NCBI GenBank assembly: GCA_041736305.1
Contig: JBGSTX010000334.1
Location: 8,754 to 72,753 of the forward strand
Reading direction: 5' to 3'
DNA length: 64,000 bases
Source: Oligoflexus sp.
GTDB lineage: Bacteria > Bdellovibrionota_B > Oligoflexia > Oligoflexales > Oligoflexaceae
Under the pieces are notes generated by a model that was given only the letters and a program-made list of their open reading frames with translations, had not been told where the DNA came from and made no database searches. Positions 7,940-17,285 of this stretch are shown one piece after another (positions within the stretch are counted from its first letter, which is position 1; every line of letters starts with the position of its first letter). The position numbers and the translations under genes were made by a program.

Positions 7940-9880
7940 TTGATCAGTCGGTTTGTTTTTTTGCTACTTTTGCAGACTACTTTAGCCTATTCGAGTATTA
8001 ACCCTCGAAATCTAATAGAAAAAGCTCGTCAGGAAAAATGGGGGGAGGAGCTCGAGTGGAAGCGAATACTCTTCTACACGCAACACACTTTTGGCGATCC
8101 TGAAGGCATTATTGATGACGCAGCATTCTATCTGGATCCCGAAGGGAAAACCAATCCCGAAGCGGAACTTTTCGCAACTTTGGAAGCCTTCTTTGATCAA
8201 GATTCAAATGCAGCCCCTGATGAGCATGCACTTTGCCGCTATCCGGCTCGAAAAGACTGGCTCGCAAGGAAAATCCAAGAAATAAATTTTGATTGGCCTC
8301 AGCCCTCATGTCCTCGCTTTGAGCGATGGTGGAAGGAGCGTCGCTATGATGGAATCTCTTTGGTCTTCTCATCTTTTTTCCCTAATAGCCCGCCCTCGCT
8401 TTTTGGTCATACGTTCTTGCGTCTTCATCGACCTCTTGACGACTTGCACCGCTCAGATCTTCTTGATGACATTGTGAGCTTTGCTGCGCACACCGGACCT
8501 GACCCAAATCCATTGGCCTATGTATGGAAAGGGGCTTTTGGAGGATATCCTGGGCGATTCAGCCTGCTTCCTTACTATATTAAGATTCAAGAATACAATA
8601 ATCTTGAAAGCCGTGATCTCTGGGAATATCAACTTCAAGTAAACTCCGAGCAAATCCGTCGACTCGTTCTCAGCCTCTGGGAATACGGACCTCATTATTC
8701 AGACTATTTTTACTTTGATGAGAACTGTTCCTATGTCCTACTCCTTCTCCTTGAAGCAGCCGACCCGCGTTGGGACTTCCGTTCTCACATGAAGATGTGG
8801 ACAACTCCGTCGCAAAGCCTAAAAGCCGTGACTCTTCAGGATTCAATGGTAAAAAGTGTCCGCTTTCGTCCGTCGGCACTTTCACGTTATGAAGAACGAT
8901 TCGACCAACTCAATCCCCGAGAATCCAAGGCACTGAAGGCACTTTTAGATAAGCAGAAAGAAGGGCTTCAGGAACTGTCTCTAGATCTCGATTCTGATGG
9001 ACAGAAAAAAGTCCTCGACGCAGCCCTCGAGTGGATCGATCTCAAAAATAAAATCAATGACACACCAGCCCCTCGTGGATTGGCCAGCCTGCGAAACGAC
9101 GTTCTACAAGTCAGAAAAAATCTGCCCCCGAGCTCTCCTTTAAGCAGTCTCGCTCCCCCTTTCCGCGATCCAAAACTTGCGCTGCCCGAGAGTTGGCTCA
9201 TGCTCGGAGGCGGACAAGGCCAGGACGACCCCCTCGTCAAACTAAGCTGGCAGCCAGTACTTCAAGATAGACTGAGTGATGATGCAGGCTATGCTGAAGG
9301 CATGGAAATTCAAATTATGCCAATGGCTTTTACATATAGGCCTCAGCAAAAGTCACTTAATCTCGAAAGCCTCAGCGTCTTTCGTTTGAGTTCAATGCAG
9401 GCAAGCAATCGCCTTCTCGAGCCGCGGTCTTGGTCACTTCGGCTTAGTTACGAGCGCAACAGTATCTGCCGCTCGCCAAAGAAAAGCTGTACCGACGTCT
9501 TTTTAGGTGGCGGAGTTGGCCATGTTGTAGACCTGAGCCCGAGTCCACGCTTTCATGCCTATCTTGGAGTCCTGTTCAGCGGACGCTTGGGTTCCCTTGC
9601 CACCCAAGGTCGCAGCGCCTACAGCCTACTCGGCCCCGAGCTCGTCCTTAGTGCTGAGTGGCGAAGAATAGTTCGATTCTACCTTAATACACAATTTGCT
9701 CGCCGCTGGTTGGATAAAGCAAACCAGGATCTTCTGCTTAGCGAAAGCGGGTTGGCCTTCGTCGTTTCTGATCATTTCAACATAAGGTTTCTCTATGCAG
9801 CTTCCCAGGAAATGAAGCCCCTATCTCAATCGGCCCTACGTCAAGCGGAATGGACGGTTGGAAGCCTCTATTTTTTCTGA
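7940..9880 (+). CDS. DUF4105 / Lnb N-terminal-domain protein with probable C-terminal beta-barrel
   Basis: GKTNPEAEL, CRYPAR, SLFGHTFLR, EYNNLESRDLWEY, YFYFDENCSY; ends in aromatic YFF. Start set at TTG 7940 behind GAGGG (ORF open from 7913). Confidence 0.8.
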   Translation: MISRFVFLLLLQTTLAYSSINPRNLIEKARQEKWGEELEWKRILFYTQHTFGDPEGIIDDAAFYLDPEGKTNPEAELFATLEAFFDQDSNAAPDEHALCRYPARKDWLARKIQEINFDWPQPSCPRFERWWKERRYDGISLVFSSFFPNSPPSLFGHTFLRLHRPLDDLHRSDLLDDIVSFAAHTGPDPNPLAYVWKGAFGGYPGRFSLLPYYIKIQEYNNLESRDLWEYQLQVNSEQIRRLVLSLWEYGPHYSDYFYFDENCSYVLLLLLEAADPRWDFRSHMKMWTTPSQSLKAVTLQDSMVKSVRFRPSALSRYEERFDQLNPRESKALKALLDKQKEGLQELSLDLDSDGQKKVLDAALEWIDLKNKINDTPAPRGLASLRNDVLQVRKNLPPSSPLSSLAPPFRDPKLALPESWLMLGGGQGQDDPLVKLSWQPVLQDRLSDDAGYAEGMEIQIMPMAFTYRPQQKSLNLESLSVFRLSSMQASNRLLEPRSWSLRLSYERNSICRSPKKSCTDVFLGGGVGHVVDLSPSPRFHAYLGVLFSGRLGSLATQGRSAYSLLGPELVLSAEWRRIVRFYLNTQFARRWLDKANQDLLLSESGLAFVVSDHFNIRFLYAASQEMKPLSQSALRQAEWTVGSLYFF

Positions 9881-9950
9881 GTAAGCCGAAATAAAGGTCA
9901 CGAATCATTCAGATTAAGTAATCATTATTACTGAATTATTATCTTTTGCT

Positions 9951-9977
9951 TTAAGATTTTCCAAATTATTCCGATAA
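9951..9977 (+). promoter_or_regulatory. putative sigma28/FliA-like promoter
   Basis: TTAA-N15-TCCGATAA, 50 nt upstream of ATG 10028. Confidence 0.55.
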
Positions 9978-10027
9978 GGAAAAAAATAACTCTAGAGTAA
10001 AGTTGGATCACTTCGAGGGGACAGCTA

Positions 10028-10966
10028 ATGTCGGGACTGAGAAAAAAACTTGCTTTGACCCGAATCTTCGTAGCTTCGCTGGCTCTTTCGCAGACGGCTT
10101 GCAGCTTAGAGATCCTCGAAGGCATTTTCGGCGTTGAGGATAAAAATTCGGCAGTTGCTATTGGTATCCCTGCCGTAGCCTTCGATTCGCCTGATGTGCC
10201 CGAACTCTCTGAGGTCGGCGATCTCACTCTTTTTCAATTGGCTCAACGCACTTTGCAGATGACGAAGATGATGGTTCGGAACGACGAGTTCACTATTGAT
10301 GAGTACAGATATTACAGCGTTCAGACTGCATTCGAAGACCTCGTGCACGAGCTTCGAGAGGACATCAATCAATATTGGACCATAAATCAACATCTTGAAG
10401 ACCTCGAAGTGAGTCCAATGGAATTTCTCCTGCCTTTGACCGCGGATGAATCGGAAACCGCTTGGGCAGTATCCGAGGAGTTACTTGATCTTAGGATCAA
10501 TCAGATCGGCAACATCGCCAAGAAAGAAAATGATCTTGAGGAATCAAAAGTATTTCCCCCTAAGGTCACTGTTGCAAATACGGACGATGAAGGAGCATCG
10601 TGTGAGACTCCTGGCAAAGACAAAGGACTCTGGAAGTTTAGAGTTCCGGCGGAAGATGAAGCTAGTAAGTGTGTCAGTCATGTACATCATCTTTGGGGAT
10701 CAGTTAAGCGAAGCTCAGATTCTTTCATCCGCGACAACGCCTGTCTAGACTTTGCTTATGGGATCCGCATTTTTGAGCAGCAGCGAAGGCTTATCGCAAA
10801 CGAGCTGGATAGCTTGAAAAATGATGCAGATAATAGGGCCAGTTCAGAAAGAGGTAAGCAACTGAGGGCTGAGCAGGCCGCTGCAACCTACGGTTTTATC
10901 CAAAATGCAAAGATGTACACAAGTCTCCTATGTGTAGGCAACGGCAGCAAGCCTGGGGAATACTAA
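10028..10966 (+). CDS. hypothetical lipoprotein
   Basis: Basic N-terminus, hydrophobic stretch and QTAC lipobox-like motif; GAGGGG RBS; no recognised domain. Confidence 0.65.
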   Translation: MSGLRKKLALTRIFVASLALSQTACSLEILEGIFGVEDKNSAVAIGIPAVAFDSPDVPELSEVGDLTLFQLAQRTLQMTKMMVRNDEFTIDEYRYYSVQTAFEDLVHELREDINQYWTINQHLEDLEVSPMEFLLPLTADESETAWAVSEELLDLRINQIGNIAKKENDLEESKVFPPKVTVANTDDEGASCETPGKDKGLWKFRVPAEDEASKCVSHVHHLWGSVKRSSDSFIRDNACLDFAYGIRIFEQQRRLIANELDSLKNDADNRASSERGKQLRAEQAAATYGFIQNAKMYTSLLCVGNGSKPGEY

Positions 10967-10973
10967 GCGTTGC

Positions 10974-12179
10974 TCAATAAGCTTCCATAACATAGAGATA
11001 GAAGGCTGGGCCATCCTTTGGATCACCAACGCCAACATCAAGCCTCAAATTAATCTTTTGCTTGGGAGTAATCTGAAAGCGTAATCCTGCGCCATAAGAA
11101 GGCTTCAATTCATCGCTGCGGAGCGAATCCCAATCAGAAGCTACGGAGCCTACTCCCGAAAATAGGGCGAATGCCCATCTGTCAACGATCTGCCGTCGCA
11201 ATTCGCTTTGAAGGACAATCATTTTATTATCGCGAAACTGGCCCTTGAAATAGCCGCGAAGTAGATCATTGCCACCCAATTGAGCCATCTGATAGAAGGG
11301 AGTGCCGGCATTAGAGCCTAGGACTACGAGATTACTCGCAAGAATAGTACCGGGGGCGAGTAGACGGTAATCTCGCGCGTCAAGCTTCACCCCATCAAAG
11401 GGGTATTTGCTTCCAAGAAGCTTGGCATACTTGCGATATGCAAGCGTGATCTTATTGCCCCTAGACGGATAGAAATTATCGTTGGCTGTTTCCCAATAGA
11501 GAAAGGTCTCGATTCCATTTTGCTGACCTCCGTCCTGTCCTGGTATCTCATTATTGGCGAACTTTCCGCCGCCTTCAAACTTCACATTACGATCGGTTCG
11601 CGTGTGAGCTAAAAGTCCAAGGCTGAGATTTTCAATAATCTTGACTTCACCCCCAAAATCAAGCAGGTATCTTCGTTCTTCATAAAGCTCTTCATCGGTT
11701 TTGCTCACTTGATTGCCGATCCCATAAAACTTTTGAGGAAACTTCGTGATTTCGCCGTAACTTATAAGCGAAAAACGCCCGTCATCAAAAGTTTGCTTGG
11801 TGCCTAAAACCCAGAGAAGCTGCTTTTTTTCAGAATACATAAGTCCTGAAATGATCGGCGATGGCTTAGTTAAACTCGTATCTTGGGTATAAATAAAAAC
11901 TGCTCCGAGTCCCAAGCCACTTTCCGGAGTCCGAAATATTGCCGGGAGGCCCGCGAACTCGGAAAGGTCGGCGGCGTTCCGCTTATTGGCATCTGACACC
12001 TCCTGAGCGATCAGAGGCATAAATGAAATCAGCAGGTTTAGCCCGATAATCAAGCAGATATTTTTGAGATTATTTAGCGGATTCCCCAAAGCTGCTCCAA
12101 ACGGTAACCTAGTTTTCATAAATCTTTTGTTCGTCAAAAAAACTGGGAACTTGAGATAGAAGCTATTTTTAGGCTTCAT
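10974..12179 (-). CDS. BamA/TamA (Omp85) family outer-membrane barrel protein lacking POTRA domains
   Basis: PESGLGLG, DNFYPSRG, LGGNDLLRGYFKGQFRD, YGAGLRF, NLRLDVG, C-terminal EAY; true start probably downstream of 12179. Confidence 0.8.
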   Translation of the reverse strand: MKPKNSFYLKFPVFLTNKRFMKTRLPFGAALGNPLNNLKNICLIIGLNLLISFMPLIAQEVSDANKRNAADLSEFAGLPAIFRTPESGLGLGAVFIYTQDTSLTKPSPIISGLMYSEKKQLLWVLGTKQTFDDGRFSLISYGEITKFPQKFYGIGNQVSKTDEELYEERRYLLDFGGEVKIIENLSLGLLAHTRTDRNVKFEGGGKFANNEIPGQDGGQQNGIETFLYWETANDNFYPSRGNKITLAYRKYAKLLGSKYPFDGVKLDARDYRLLAPGTILASNLVVLGSNAGTPFYQMAQLGGNDLLRGYFKGQFRDNKMIVLQSELRRQIVDRWAFALFSGVGSVASDWDSLRSDELKPSYGAGLRFQITPKQKINLRLDVGVGDPKDGPAFYLYVMEAY

Positions 12180-12249
12180 GCTATAATTCTGCTAAAGTTT
12201 ACACTGAAAATGAAAATTGCATTGAAGCTTCCTGGTGGGGTGCTAGCGC

Positions 12250-13626
12250 GTGATGGCTACTCAAGAACCTGTTTATATTATTATCGATCCATACAGCATC
12301 TATGGATACGAGCTCATGCAATGGGCATTTCTTGATTTTGGACTAAGGGCGGTAGTCCTTATAGAAGATATTCATAGCACTATTCATAAGAAAATCTATA
12401 GCCCACCAGTTCCTGCTACGTGGATTGCTGAAAGCTTCGTTTGCAGCCGCGCAGAGGTCGCCGCTCTAGCCAATAAGCTAGCTCATCTCTATCAAATCAA
12501 AGGGATTATTCCCTGGTCGGAGACCACCCTCGAACTTGCCATCGATTTGATGCAGCATCTGAATTGTCAGTGGATCGATCCGCATGTGCTGAGCCGCTTT
12601 CGTAATAAATACTCTCTCAAAAACTATTTACGAAGCGAGCATCCTCAGATATCCATGAATCTGTCTTGGCCAGTCACGGAACTCAATGAGGTGCTCAAGC
12701 TTAAAAGCCTCTGGCCTAAACGCTTCGTTATCAAGCCTCTCGATGGAATGAGCAATAAAAAAATCGGATTTTTTTACGAGCAAACTCAGCCCACCGACAT
12801 CGAGGAATACTTTAAGCAAGCGGGCAAAGGTCGCTATGTCCTGGAAGAATTCATCAATGGGCAGGAATATGCGGTTAATGGCCAGACCGATGAGAAGGGT
12901 GTGCCCCAGGTCTATTCGATCCTTAAATATCATCATCGGGACGTAAATGGTCGTCCCAACGTCTATTCTCGAAGTCAGCACCTGAGTAGCCATGATCCTG
13001 TTTTTGATCAACTTGCTCGTTACGCATGCGAAGTAGTGCAAGCATTAGGATTGAGTCGCTGCCCTTTTCATGCCGAAATTCGCTTTGACCCAGCCAGGGG
13101 TCCATGCTTGGTCGAAATCGCTGCTCGTCCGGTTGGTAATGAGCTAGTCCAGCTCATGCGAGACGCACACGGCCGGGCCTTCGACCCTTTACGCATTGCC
13201 GCCCATTACTATCTGAGCACTAAGTCTCGAGTTCCGCCACCATTGAACTGGGACCTTTACGACAGAACCCAAGCCATCAACGTCGATGGAATTACGAGTA
13301 AAACTGGCCGTATAGCTGATCTTAAGGGTCTTGAAAGCGTAGAGAGATCGCCATTTTTCAAACGCTGGGTAGTCAAGCCTGAATTTGGCCAGATGTTGGA
13401 AGCCACTCAGGATCTATTATCTCAACCTTTTTCCTTTCAGATACTTGGTTCAGATTCAGGCCTTAAGCTTATGGATGAAGCCGACCTTCTCGAGGCGCGA
13501 GTTCAATTTCTAAGCTCTGAGGCTAGCCTCCCTAGACGGCTTTGGGCTTCTTTACTTGCATTCTATAAGCGTTTTACGATGCGGTGGCGGTTGAGGCGAT
13601 TCCAGAAAACTCTTCGTAAAGTTTAA
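12250..13626 (+). CDS. ATP-grasp domain protein (L-amino-acid ligase-like)
   Basis: FRNKY, FVIKP, VLEEFINGQEYAVN, PFHAEIR, LVEIAARP. Confidence 0.8.
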   Translation: MMATQEPVYIIIDPYSIYGYELMQWAFLDFGLRAVVLIEDIHSTIHKKIYSPPVPATWIAESFVCSRAEVAALANKLAHLYQIKGIIPWSETTLELAIDLMQHLNCQWIDPHVLSRFRNKYSLKNYLRSEHPQISMNLSWPVTELNEVLKLKSLWPKRFVIKPLDGMSNKKIGFFYEQTQPTDIEEYFKQAGKGRYVLEEFINGQEYAVNGQTDEKGVPQVYSILKYHHRDVNGRPNVYSRSQHLSSHDPVFDQLARYACEVVQALGLSRCPFHAEIRFDPARGPCLVEIAARPVGNELVQLMRDAHGRAFDPLRIAAHYYLSTKSRVPPPLNWDLYDRTQAINVDGITSKTGRIADLKGLESVERSPFFKRWVVKPEFGQMLEATQDLLSQPFSFQILGSDSGLKLMDEADLLEARVQFLSSEASLPRRLWASLLAFYKRFTMRWRLRRFQKTLRKV

Positions 13627-13627
13627 G

Positions 13628-14734
13628 CTATGACTTTACCCACTGTCCTATCTGAGTGGATGTTTCATGGAGTACGGGTTCATCGTCTTCTGTGAGCATT
13701 TGAAGAGCTTCAGGAAGTCTAAGATCGGAGGTAACAGTCATGGCGATAAGGGCATTCCGCCGAAGACCTGAGCGCTTTGCTCTGGTCAAAGGACTCCCGC
13801 CGAATAGCTGCTCGTACCTAGCTTGACTCATTGTTGCCACATCAAAGAAATCGATTTGATTGAGCTCCACCCGAACCGGCTCTTGACTGATAGCTATCGC
13901 TCTGTTGTAAGGACAGGCCAGTTGGCAAAGGTCACAACCGAAAAAATAGGTTTTAAGCCATGGCCAGAATTCAAAAGGTATAGTTCCCCTATGCTCGATT
14001 GTCCAATAGGCTAAGCATTTTCTTGCGTCAAGTCTATAAGCTTCATCGAGGGCTCCGGTTGGACAATAGATCTGACAACGCCGACAGCTACCGCACCCTC
14101 CTTGATCTGAACGCACCTGTGGATCAACGGTAGATGGCTCATCCGTTTCAGTGAGATCGCGCGTGAGAAGTATTTCGCCGAGCAGAATAAAGCTACCCGC
14201 TTCGGGATGGATGTAGCAGGTGTTCTTACCGATAAATCCAGCGCTAGTTCTTGCGGCAAGGGCCCGTTCAAGCATGGGCGCACTATCGATCGTTACGCGC
14301 CCCTCGAGATCGTTGGATTTCGTTTTAAGAAGCGTGAGAACCACTTCGGCTTTTTTGCGCATAGATCGATGATAGTCCTGAAGCCGAGCATACTGAGCTA
14401 TGGGGTAGGCTCCACGCCGAGCAGCCTGGAGTTGATCCCCTTGGAAGTAGGGAAGCGCAAAAATAATGGCTTGGCAAGCTCCTGGCAATAGGCCTCGGGG
14501 GTCAGCTCGAAGATGCTGGTGCTGTTCAAGAAAGCGCATGCTTGCATGCTGGCCTTCTTCAACCCATTGAAGGAAGCGTTGAAAGCGCGGCTCTGGGCCT
14601 AATTTTACAAGTCCTAAAAATTTAAGGCCGGCAGTTTCGCAAATCTCTTGGACTTCTTGCCTTTGCATTTCCGATGACCCCGTCAAGCTAGGAGAGGAAT
14701 TTGCCCTTTGCTCATACGCTTGAAATGGTCCCAA
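13628..14734 (-). CDS. queG: tRNA epoxyqueuosine reductase QueG
   Basis: YARLQDYH, DSAPMLER, GFIGKN, CGSCRRCQIYCPT, CLAYWTIE, FGCDLCQLACPYN, RRNA. Confidence 0.92.
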   Translation of the reverse strand: MGPFQAYEQRANSSPSLTGSSEMQRQEVQEICETAGLKFLGLVKLGPEPRFQRFLQWVEEGQHASMRFLEQHQHLRADPRGLLPGACQAIIFALPYFQGDQLQAARRGAYPIAQYARLQDYHRSMRKKAEVVLTLLKTKSNDLEGRVTIDSAPMLERALAARTSAGFIGKNTCYIHPEAGSFILLGEILLTRDLTETDEPSTVDPQVRSDQGGCGSCRRCQIYCPTGALDEAYRLDARKCLAYWTIEHRGTIPFEFWPWLKTYFFGCDLCQLACPYNRAIAISQEPVRVELNQIDFFDVATMSQARYEQLFGGSPLTRAKRSGLRRNALIAMTVTSDLRLPEALQMLTEDDEPVLHETSTQIGQWVKS

Positions 14735-14746
14735 AGTCGACTAGAA

Positions 14747-15634
14747 TTAAAGGCTTCTTGAAGCTAAAAGAAGCCGTAATTGCTGCTCGATACTAGAGAA
14801 AGAAGGAGCAGACTGTCCCCACCACAGTTCCTGCGCAAGTAAAGCCTGCCCAATCAGCATTGGAATGCCATCTTGACTAGGTATGCCGGTGCTTTTAGCA
14901 GCATGCCAAAGGGCAGAGGGTTTGCCGTAAACTAGATCAATGAATGCGCCTCGCAAAGCTTTCAACGCTGGGGCAAAAATTCTTAGATCATCACCTTGAA
15001 GAGGCGCGCTCGTCGATTGGATGAGAAGCGAAGAGGGAAAGGTTCTAAGGGAAGCCTCCAGAGCCCCAGGCTCGAAAGGCAGGTATTCGATGTCTGATCC
15101 CATGTCAGCAGAGGTGGTCGATCTTTTCAAGACGATGAGAGGTATCTTTGGCACTAAGATCCGAAACTTTTGAAGAAGAGCCTTAGCTGCACCACCATGT
15201 CCCAAGATAATGATAGCTTCGAAATCATTCAGCCCATGGCCAAGTTCTTTAAGACCTCTAATAAATCCCTGAGCGTCTGTCGAGCTGGCGAGAAACCCTT
15301 CGGGACCTCGATAGATTGTATTCACCGAAACTTCATCCGTAGGGAAGCGGCGGGCTGCATCTTCTTTGAAGGGAACAGTTACATTGAAGCCAAGCGCACC
15401 AGCTTTCCACATTGTTTGAAAGAAATCTGCTGAAGGAAATTCCCCTTGAATATCGAAGGGTACATAGAGGCAGTTGAGTCCTAAGGCGGCGATGGTTGAA
15501 TTATGAATTGTTGGGGAGAGCGTGTGTGCAATACCTCGCCCGAGGAGGCCGACCAGTTTGGTTTGGCCGTCAACTTGTGTGCGGCTTAACCCTTGATCGA
15601 CGGCAGTACTCTTCATGGGGAGTCCTCTGCTCAA
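14747..15634 (-). CDS. aroE: shikimate dehydrogenase
   Basis: HTLSPTIHN, GFNVTVPFKE, VNT, TDAQGF, GHGGAA, DLVY, DGIPMLIGQA. Confidence 0.88.
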   Translation of the reverse strand: MSRGLPMKSTAVDQGLSRTQVDGQTKLVGLLGRGIAHTLSPTIHNSTIAALGLNCLYVPFDIQGEFPSADFFQTMWKAGALGFNVTVPFKEDAARRFPTDEVSVNTIYRGPEGFLASSTDAQGFIRGLKELGHGLNDFEAIIILGHGGAAKALLQKFRILVPKIPLIVLKRSTTSADMGSDIEYLPFEPGALEASLRTFPSSLLIQSTSAPLQGDDLRIFAPALKALRGAFIDLVYGKPSALWHAAKSTGIPSQDGIPMLIGQALLAQELWWGQSAPSFSSIEQQLRLLLASRSL

Positions 15635-15637
15635 TTC

Positions 15638-16099
15638 CTAATGCTGCCGCCCTAGCTCATGGACAGCTACATTGTGATCCAGAAACTGCACGTTCACGAG
15701 AAGATTTTCAGGAGAGCCTCCCAAACTCTTCGTTTGCGTCACGCGCCCTAGAACCAAGTCGGTACGTTGGTCTGGATAAGGATGGAGCGAGCCAAGATTG
15801 AGGCGTACCTGGCTACCTTTACGCAGTCCACGGTCTGCAACGACGAGCGTCGCGCGATCTGAAGTCAGCGACCTCAAGTAGCCCTGGCGCACCCCTTCGG
15901 AATCGCGTTCGTGTAAATAAGAAATTTTGACAAGAAGTTGCTCGTCGCTGCTACTGAGGTCTTTGACCTGCCAATTCTTCCAGCGCCGCATGGCCCAGAG
16001 TCCTAGCGGCCATAAAAGGAGAAGGATAAGCAGCGCGAGGAGCCAAACAACCCCACTTAGCTCACCAGCGGGAACCGCATTCGGAACATTTTCAAACAT
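15638..16099 (-). CDS. membrane-anchored protein with possible degenerate PilZ-like barrel
   Basis: Single N-terminal TM; C-terminal pattern GYLRSLTSDRA...GSQVRL...GRV...VNVQF resembles PilZ without the RxxxR and DxSxxG motifs. Confidence 0.5.
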   Translation of the reverse strand: MFENVPNAVPAGELSGVVWLLALLILLLLWPLGLWAMRRWKNWQVKDLSSSDEQLLVKISYLHERDSEGVRQGYLRSLTSDRATLVVADRGLRKGSQVRLNLGSLHPYPDQRTDLVLGRVTQTKSLGGSPENLLVNVQFLDHNVAVHELGRQH

Positions 16100-16283
16100 C
16101 TTCAGTCCACAAATTCCTTAAAAAGCAACCCGCGTTCGACGACATGCTATACTTATCATAGGCCATTGCACCTGATTCCAGGTGATGTTACATATCTGGG
16201 CAGTTTTCTAGACCTTAATTTTGAATTATAGCCCACATAGCCAGTTTCAGCAAAGCTTCTAAAAGAGAGCAAAGGATATTTTT

Positions 16284-17285
16284 TTGAAAGTTTTAAAAAC
16301 TTCCTGCCATTCTCTGGGGCTGGGTGCAGAGTTTGAATCGAGCGTCGTTACAATTGGCAATTTTGATGGTTGCCACCAGGGGCATCAAGAACTGATCCGA
16401 CTCACTTGCAAAGAGGCAGCCAAGCGGCAGGTTCCATCTATAGTCCTCACTTTCGATCCCAATCCCAAAGAATACTTTCAAGCAGGCAAATCGCTAGGTC
16501 GACTTTTTCAAACAGAGCAGAAAATTCGTGCTTTGAATGAATTAGGTATTTCTGCTGTGGTGATTCAAAAATTCGATGCAGCTTTCAGCGAAATGTCAGC
16601 AGAAGTATTTTACAGAAAGCTCTTAGTGGACTTTTTGCAAGCCAGGGTTCTTATCGTCGGACACGATTTTCGCTTTGGTTCACAGCGCCTGGGTAACGTC
16701 GATCTGCTCCGTCAGCTGGCAATTAAAGATGAGGATAAAGTCGTAGTTCATGAAGTGGGTCAGCAGATAGATGAAAGAGGTGAAATTATCAGTAGCAGCC
16801 TCATTCGCCGCCTTCTCGATGAGCGGGCCATCGATCGAGCGAACGCTATGTTAGGTCGCCCCTATATGCTTGAAGGCCAGATCGTTGTCGGCCGCAAGTT
16901 GGGTCGCACGCTAGGCTTTCCGACTGCCAATCTCGACTTGGGCCAACAGCTCCTTCCAGGAATGGGAGTCTACGCTGGGTTTGCGAAAATTGGTGGTACA
17001 GCCAGTATATTTAAAAGTGATCCAGACTCTATTCCCTGCGTGCTTAACATTGGGCTCAGACCAACCGTAGAGGCTGGAACTTTAAAGCCCAGCGTTGAAG
17101 TCCATCTGCTCGAAGGCAGTTATGCACCTGAATCGCTTTATCGGCAGATTTTGAGTGTATCGATCACCGATTTTTTACGTTCAGAGCAAAAGCTCCCTTC
17201 ACTTGATGCCCTGCGGGCCCAGATCGCGCTGGATTGCGCGACCGCGCGCCGACTATTGCCGGCGTCGCGAGCAAAATGGTCTTAG
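16284..17285 (+). CDS. ribF: bifunctional riboflavin kinase / FAD synthetase
   Basis: TIGNFDGCHQGH, VGHDFRFG, ISSSLIR, GRTLGFPTANL, NIGLRPT, EVHL. Confidence 0.93.
   Translation: MKVLKTSCHSLGLGAEFESSVVTIGNFDGCHQGHQELIRLTCKEAAKRQVPSIVLTFDPNPKEYFQAGKSLGRLFQTEQKIRALNELGISAVVIQKFDAAFSEMSAEVFYRKLLVDFLQARVLIVGHDFRFGSQRLGNVDLLRQLAIKDEDKVVVHEVGQQIDERGEIISSSLIRRLLDERAIDRANAMLGRPYMLEGQIVVGRKLGRTLGFPTANLDLGQQLLPGMGVYAGFAKIGGTASIFKSDPDSIPCVLNIGLRPTVEAGTLKPSVEVHLLEGSYAPESLYRQILSVSITDFLRSEQKLPSLDALRAQIALDCATARRLLPASRAKWS

Noticed and set aside
4269-12179. Possible genomic island integrated at tRNA-Leu
   Set aside because: No integrase, no visible duplicated tRNA 3' end and no mobility genes.
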